NCBI GenBank assembly: GCA_963422615.1
Contig: OY730414.1
Span: forward strand, 496,001-560,000
Length of the DNA: 64,000 nt
Direction: 5' to 3'
DNA from: Longimicrobiales bacterium
GTDB lineage: Bacteria; Gemmatimonadota; Gemmatimonadetes; Longimicrobiales; Gaopeijiaceae
A program made the translations under genes and the position numbers. Every line of letters starts with the position of its first letter. Position 1 is the stretch's first letter. Shown here one piece after another: positions 61,378-64,000 of this stretch. The notes below the pieces were generated by a model that worked only from the letters and a program-made list of their open reading frames with translations, ran no database searches and was not told the origin of the DNA.

Positions 61378-62802
61378 ATGTTCTTCAGACAGGTTTTCGA
61401 CGAAAAGCTCGCCCAGTACGCCTACATCATAGGCTGCCAGCAGACCGGCGAGGCGCTGGTTATCGACCCCGAGCGGGATGTGGACCGCTATGTGGAGATC
61501 GCCCGGGGCGAAGGATTGCAGATTACGGCTGTGACCGAAACCCACATCCACGCGGACTTCTTGTCCGGGTGCCTCGAATTCGTGGACCGGTACGGGTGCA
61601 AGGCGTATCTCTCCGGGGAGGGGGGCGAAGGTTGGCAGTACGAGTGGGCGAACGGACGCGATGCGGTCAAGTTGCTGCGGGACGGCGACCGATTCAGCGT
61701 GGGAGAGGTCGACTTCCAGGCCGTCCATACCCCCGGCCACACGCCTGAGCACCTGAGCTTCCTGGTCACGGACCGGGGCGCCGGCGCCACCGGTCCCATG
61801 GGCATGATTTCGGGCGACTTCGTTTTCGTGGGCGACTTGGGCCGACCCGACCTTCTGGAGTCGGCGGCGGACCAGGCCGGAGCCATGGAACCTTCGGCCC
61901 GGCGCCTGTACACGTCGGCCCGGCGGGTCTTCCGTCTGCCCGAACACCTCCGGATCTGGCCGGGTCACGGAGCCGGTAGCGCCTGCGGAAAAGCCCTCGG
62001 AGCCGTACCGGACACGACGGTCGGCTACGAGACGCGCTACAGCCCCGCTCTGGCAGCGGTGCAAAAGGGGGAGGACGCCTTCGTTTCATTCATCCTCGAA
62101 GGCCAGCCCGAGCCTCCCCTCTACTTCGGGCGAATGAAGAGGGACAACCGCCGGGGACCGCCTTTCTTGGGCGCACTCCCGCAACCCCGCCGCTTGTCGG
62201 CGTCGGAGTTGGCGGGGCTTTCGACCCTCGACGGCTCGGTGATCGTGGATACCCGGAACGACCGACTCTCTTACTACGCGGCTCATATTCCCGGGTCCAT
62301 CTATGCGCCCCTGAACAAGGCATTCCCGACGGTGACCGGCTCCTACATCGATCCGGCTCGGGAGATCGTCTTGCTCTGCCACAGGGAAGAGGTGGAGGAA
62401 GCGGTGCGGAATCTGATTCGCATCGGCCTCGACCGGATCGCTGGTTGGGCGCCTCCCGGGGAGATCGAGGCGTTGCAGGCCGCCGGGGGGACGCTGACGG
62501 CCACCGAGGCCATCGACTTCGCCGAAGTCGACCGCCGCCGGGGGGACCCGGATGTCCATATCCTCGACGTCCGCCGCGCCGCCGAGCACGCCGAGGCCCG
62601 GATCGAAGGCGCGTCCAACATCGCCCACACCCGCCTGACTCGGCGACTGGACGAGTTGCCCCGCGACAAGCAGCTCCTGGTCCATTGCTTCAGCGGGGCG
62701 CGGGCGTCAGCGGCCGCCTCCCTTCTGGAGCGGGAGGGCTTCCGTATCACCGCCGTAAACGACCTCTTCCCCAATGCCGTTGGTGGCGTCACACGCGGCT
62801 GA
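61378..62802 (+). CDS. MBL-fold hydrolase with two rhodanese domains (persulfide dioxygenase-sulfurtransferase, CstB/Blh-like)
   Basis: ETHIHADF.SG, TPGHTPEH, GDFVFVGD.GRPDL, PGHGAGSACG, C-terminal rhodanese VHCFSGAR. Confidence 0.92.
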   Translation: MFFRQVFDEKLAQYAYIIGCQQTGEALVIDPERDVDRYVEIARGEGLQITAVTETHIHADFLSGCLEFVDRYGCKAYLSGEGGEGWQYEWANGRDAVKLLRDGDRFSVGEVDFQAVHTPGHTPEHLSFLVTDRGAGATGPMGMISGDFVFVGDLGRPDLLESAADQAGAMEPSARRLYTSARRVFRLPEHLRIWPGHGAGSACGKALGAVPDTTVGYETRYSPALAAVQKGEDAFVSFILEGQPEPPLYFGRMKRDNRRGPPFLGALPQPRRLSASELAGLSTLDGSVIVDTRNDRLSYYAAHIPGSIYAPLNKAFPTVTGSYIDPAREIVLLCHREEVEEAVRNLIRIGLDRIAGWAPPGEIEALQAAGGTLTATEAIDFAEVDRRRGDPDVHILDVRRAAEHAEARIEGASNIAHTRLTRRLDELPRDKQLLVHCFSGARASAAASLLEREGFRITAVNDLFPNAVGGVTRG

Positions 62803-63039
62803 ACGGAGGATACTGACCGTCAATCATCCACGGAGGACGAGAAGGGAGAGGGCCGCGATTTCGGCCCGGGAGAGGCGGTCCCCCATGACTTGGTCATTGA
62901 TCCAAAGCCTTGTAGTTTGGGGGCACGACCCGAGCTTAGGGGTGCGACCCGCTTGAGCCTTCCCCGCCACAACCCGGCGTATTTCCGGATTTCCCACCGG
63001 GCATGGGCATCCATCCGTAGGTCAGGAAGGCGAGCAGGG

Positions 63040-63068
63040 TTGACATTTCAGACACCGGTCCCCATCCT
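63040..63068 (+). promoter_or_regulatory. Putative sigma-70 promoter for the tandem lipoprotein genes
   Basis: TTGACA (63040-63045), 17-bp spacer, CATCCT (63063-63068). Confidence 0.5.
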
Positions 63069-63174
63069 GGTTCCAGCTTTCAGAGAGTTAGGAAAGTACG
63101 GATCTCCCAGGCTCAAGCGACCGAGGAGGGCTCATCATTAACTGACCTTGTCTTACTCGCTTTTGGGGAGAGTC

Positions 63175-63606
63175 ATGATGATCAATGCCAAGAAGCTTTT
63201 TCTGGCGACCGCGCTTGGCTCGGTGGTTGCCGCGGCAGCGTGTGATACCAGTCCGACGCTGCCCTCGCAACCCACCGAAGCCACAGAACCGGATATCTGG
63301 GAGGTCGTCTTTGAGATGACGGAAGCCCTAGGTGGAAGAGTGGCGGTAGGCTTTTCACAATTCGAAGAAGAAGGGGTCATCCGGATCAGTGTACTTCCAC
63401 CCAGCACATTGCCACCGGGAGCGATGGAAAGCGATGACGACCCCATCTGCAGTAAGTCATTTGATTCAGGTTGGTGGGGGAACATGAAATTCGCCAAGTG
63501 TGTAACAAACGCGATGGAAATTGACGTGTGCAACAACGGTGGACAAGATTTCAAGATTGAAATGGTTTGGGGGAAAGAAAAATTCCATACCTATTGCCCT
63601 GAATAG
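63175..63606 (+). CDS. Small hypothetical Cys-containing lipoprotein
   Basis: GGGGAG SD; lipobox AAA-C then DTSPT; four further Cys; lower GC than neighbours. Confidence 0.75.
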   Translation: MMINAKKLFLATALGSVVAAAACDTSPTLPSQPTEATEPDIWEVVFEMTEALGGRVAVGFSQFEEEGVIRISVLPPSTLPPGAMESDDDPICSKSFDSGWWGNMKFAKCVTNAMEIDVCNNGGQDFKIEMVWGKEKFHTYCPE

Positions 63607-63675
63607 CCAAATCACCGAAGAAGAATCAATAACGAATCACATTTAGCCTAATCAACCTTGAAGAGGGTAATCTAA

Positions 63676-64000
63676 ATGAAAATTAAACCACAAGTCGGTG
63701 CCTTGCTTCTTATTGCAGTTCTTGGTGTAGTCTACGCCGCCTGCTGGCCGACCTCTAGCCCCGTCCAGCCCGAAGACACCGCCGCCAAGCCCGTGAGCCC
63801 CGAGGTCTTAAAGTGGTCCGCGATCATTGCAACCGTCAAAGCTGTCGGCGGGCGAGCATCAATATCTAGGTCCCAAAGCGGCGAAAGCGAAGATTTCATC
63901 ATTGCTGCTCTACCAACCGATTCCTCGGCACACTTCGGGATCATGGCAGCGGGCCCCGATTCCATCTGTGAAACCGAAGACGAGGGGCTTGACGGCATGG
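63676..64000 (+). CDS. Hypothetical lipoprotein, paralog of the upstream gene (runs off the right edge)
   Basis: Not in the ORF track. Manual translation: MKIKPQVGALLLIAVLGVVYAAC-WPTSSPVQP...KWSAIIATVKAVGGRASISRSQSGESEDFIIAALP...GIMAAGPDSICETEDEGLDGM; GAGGG SD. Confidence 0.75.
   Translation, partial: MKIKPQVGALLLIAVLGVVYAACWPTSSPVQPEDTAAKPVSPEVLKWSAIIATVKAVGGRASISRSQSGESEDFIIAALPTDSSAHFGIMAAGPDSICETEDEGLDGM

Overview
High-GC bacterial chromosomal window. The gene inventory (many lipoproteins, 6-bladed and LVIVD beta-propellers, a BlaI/M56-TonB pair, PIG-L/NEW3, CBM9-DUF5916) suggests Gemmatimonadota, but that is inference only. It holds about 57 CDSs and one tRNA-Lys(CTT). I saw no integrase, transposase, CRISPR array or rRNA. 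Housekeeping genes: pyrE (partial), kbl with an SDR-type threonine dehydrogenase, queE, a type IIA topoisomerase A subunit, pfk, thiC, type III glutamine synthetase and manA. Most worth follow-up: (1) a divergent paaABCD-like di-iron oxygenase cluster with two DUF59 proteins and a free zinc ribbon but no other paa genes; (2) a translationally coupled LVIVD beta-propeller / Met-His protein / multicopper oxidase operon beside a second LVIVD protein and a HupE/UreJ gene; (3) an aconitase-family dehydratase with its swivel domain N-terminal, coupled to an NSS transporter and a stand-alone WYL protein, with a split aconitase X nearby; (4) an intact archaeal-ATPase/DUF234-like ORF with apparently dead ATPase and nuclease motifs, divergent from glnA-III; (5) a BlaI/M56-TonB module with a visible operator and a duplicated blaI fragment; (6) tandem lower-GC paralogous lipoproteins at the right edge. 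All calls come from reading motifs by eye; no database searches were run.
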